From Akkermansia muciniphila (GTDB lineage Bacteria; Verrucomicrobiota; Verrucomicrobiia; Limisphaerales; F1-80-MAGS106): 64,000 nucleotides of DNA. Where the stretch lies: positions 13,739 to 77,738 of the forward strand of contig CAMBEJ010000002.1 of assembly GCA_945865375.1 (NCBI GenBank), in the 5' to 3' direction. The notes below the pieces were generated by a model. The model saw only the letters and a program-made list of their open reading frames with translations, searched no databases and was not told the DNA's origin. Positions 62,446 to 64,000 of the stretch are shown piece after piece. Within the stretch, counting starts at the first letter, position 1; every line of letters starts with the position of its first letter. A program made the position numbers and the translations under genes.

Positions 62446-64000
62446 TCAGGTCAGGTAGGGCATGTATTCGGGCACCGCCTTTTTGAGACGCATCTTGAGC
62501 TGGTTTGGTTCGATGCTGTGGAGATCTTCTGTAACTTCCGCAAATTGCTTTTCGACTTGAGCCAGGTCGGACGGTTGAGAAACAAACCGCATAATCTTGG
62601 GGTGGCTGGTGGGAGTGATATTTTCGCCTACGTGGCTTAATTCTTCGAACAGTTTTTCACCGGGACGAAGGCCGGTGAATTCGATTTCTATATCTTCATC
62701 GGGTTTGAGTCCGCTGAGCTCGATGAGTTGTCTGGCCAGGTCGACAATTTTGACAGGTTTTCCCATGTCGAGCACAAAGATCTCCCCGCCGCTTCCTTGG
62801 GTCCCACTTTGCAAGACCAGGCCGACAGCCTCTGGGATGGTCATGAAGTAACGGGTGACATCGGGGTGGGTTACTTTAACCGGTCCACCCGCGGCGATTT
62901 GCTTATTAAAGATGGGGATCACACTCCCCGATGATCCTAGCACGTTGCCGAAGCGGACGGCGATGAACTTGGTGGTGTGAGGGAGAGAGGTGTTCTGGCT
63001 CGCGTGCAACGCTTGCAGGAAGATCTCAGCCAGACGTTTCGTGGCCCCCATCACATTGGTGGGATTGATTGCCTTGTCCGTGGAGATCATGACAAACCGA
63101 TCCACGCCGTGAGCCATGGCGAGCCGGGCCATTTGAGCGGTCCCCAGGGTGTTGTTCTTAATCGCTTCCGCAGGCTGGCTTTCCATCATGGGGACGTGTT
63201 TGTGAGCGGCGGCGTGGAACACGACTTCGGGTTTGAATTTTGCGAAGATCTGCCTCATGCGTGGCTCGTCGCAGATGTCGGCAACAGCAGGGAGAATGTG
63301 GCCTCCCGAACCCGATTCCTTCAGCTCCTGCTCAATCTGGAAGAGGAGGAACTCAGATTGTTCGACGAGCACGAGGCGCCGCGGGTTGTAGGACGTGATT
63401 TGGCGACACAGTTCGGTGCCGATGCTGCCGCCCGCGCCTGTCACCATGACGATCTTGTCGCTGAGAATCTGGCGAATGCTTTCTGTTTCAAGGCTTACAG
63501 GCTCACGGCCCAGGAGATCCTGAATTTCGACGGAGCGCAACTGGCTCACCTTGACTTTACCTGTGGCGAGCTGGTCCATTGAGGGCACGGTCTCGAAACG
63601 CAACCGGGTTTGTTGCAGGATCTTAACAATTTCGCCAATCCGTTTGGCGGGGGCCGAAGGCATGGCGATGATGATTTCCTCGAGTTGGAGGTTGAGCTTC
63701 GGATTGAGCAAGAACTCTGCATTGCCAACGACTGGAATGTTATGGACTCGGGATTGCCATTTTCCCTCGTCGTCATCGAAGAAAGCCACGGGATTGAGGC
63801 CCAGTCCGCGCTTGCTACCGAGCTCGCGTGCGAGGCTGGCGCCCACATCGCCGGCACCGATGATGCCCACCCTGCGTGCGTGCCGTGAGGAGCGGCCCTG
63901 GGGTGCGAGGAATCGTTCACGAATCAACCGAAACGACAGGCGGATGCCCGTGAGCGCGACGAAGGAAAGGAGAAAATCCAGGAGAAGGACGCCCCGTGGA
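62446..64000 (-). CDS. CapD/PglF/WbpM-family NDP-sugar 4,6-dehydratase (polysaccharide biosynthesis), 5' end beyond the window
   Basis: VMVTGAGGSIGTELCRQI, FHAAAHKHVPMME, RFVMISTDKAINP. The frame stays open upstream of the track start (..GVLLLDFLLSFVALTGIRLSFRLIRERF) to position 64000, so the gene is partial. Confidence 0.85.
   Translation of the reverse strand, partial: PRGVLLLDFLLSFVALTGIRLSFRLIRERFLAPQGRSSRHARRVGIIGAGDVGASLARELGSKRGLGLNPVAFFDDDEGKWQSRVHNIPVVGNAEFLLNPKLNLQLEEIIIAMPSAPAKRIGEIVKILQQTRLRFETVPSMDQLATGKVKVSQLRSVEIQDLLGREPVSLETESIRQILSDKIVMVTGAGGSIGTELCRQITSYNPRRLVLVEQSEFLLFQIEQELKESGSGGHILPAVADICDEPRMRQIFAKFKPEVVFHAAAHKHVPMMESQPAEAIKNNTLGTAQMARLAMAHGVDRFVMISTDKAINPTNVMGATKRLAEIFLQALHASQNTSLPHTTKFIAVRFGNVLGSSGSVIPIFNKQIAAGGPVKVTHPDVTRYFMTIPEAVGLVLQSGTQGSGGEIFVLDMGKPVKIVDLARQLIELSGLKPDEDIEIEFTGLRPGEKLFEELSHVGENITPTSHPKIMRFVSQPSDLAQVEKQFAEVTEDLHSIEPNQLKMRLKKAVPEYMPYLT

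Overview
GC-rich bacterial chromosomal window. It most resembles a PVC-superphylum (Verrucomicrobiota-like) genome, because it carries a prepilin-type N-terminal / H-X9-DG protein, a PVC-type CxxCH heme-binding protein, CRTAC1/ASPIC-UnbV FG-GAP proteins and giant secreted proteins ending in an F-Y-R-L module. All family calls come from motif recognition by eye; no HMM or BLAST search was possible. Housekeeping genes recognised: rng, pxpB-pxpC-pxpA, araB, rsfS, nadD, cstA, lplT-aas, ileS, blc and a capD-like dehydratase that runs off the right edge. I found no rRNA, tRNA or CRISPR array. Accessory content falls into five groups. (1) A secreted FGE-sulfatase protein sits next to a 1,643-aa exported WD40 + clan-CD (caspase/legumain-like) peptidase protein. 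(2) A 1,368-aa secreted protein is built from five lectin-like modules, three of them as a 621-624-bp tandem array, and is flanked by CRTAC1 paralogues. (3) A degraded mobile/TA patch at 34.7-38.7 kb holds three remnants of a Y1 (RAYT-like) transposase gene with conserved inverted REP-like ends, one REPIN-like doublet lying between two truncated genes, and nucleotidyltransferase and PIN cassettes. (4) A 364-bp foldback MITE interrupts a DUF5615 toxin-like gene. (5) A structured palindromic repeat occurs twice. Several genes appear frameshifted or truncated. Many long antisense ORFs in the track are GC-driven shadow ORFs.
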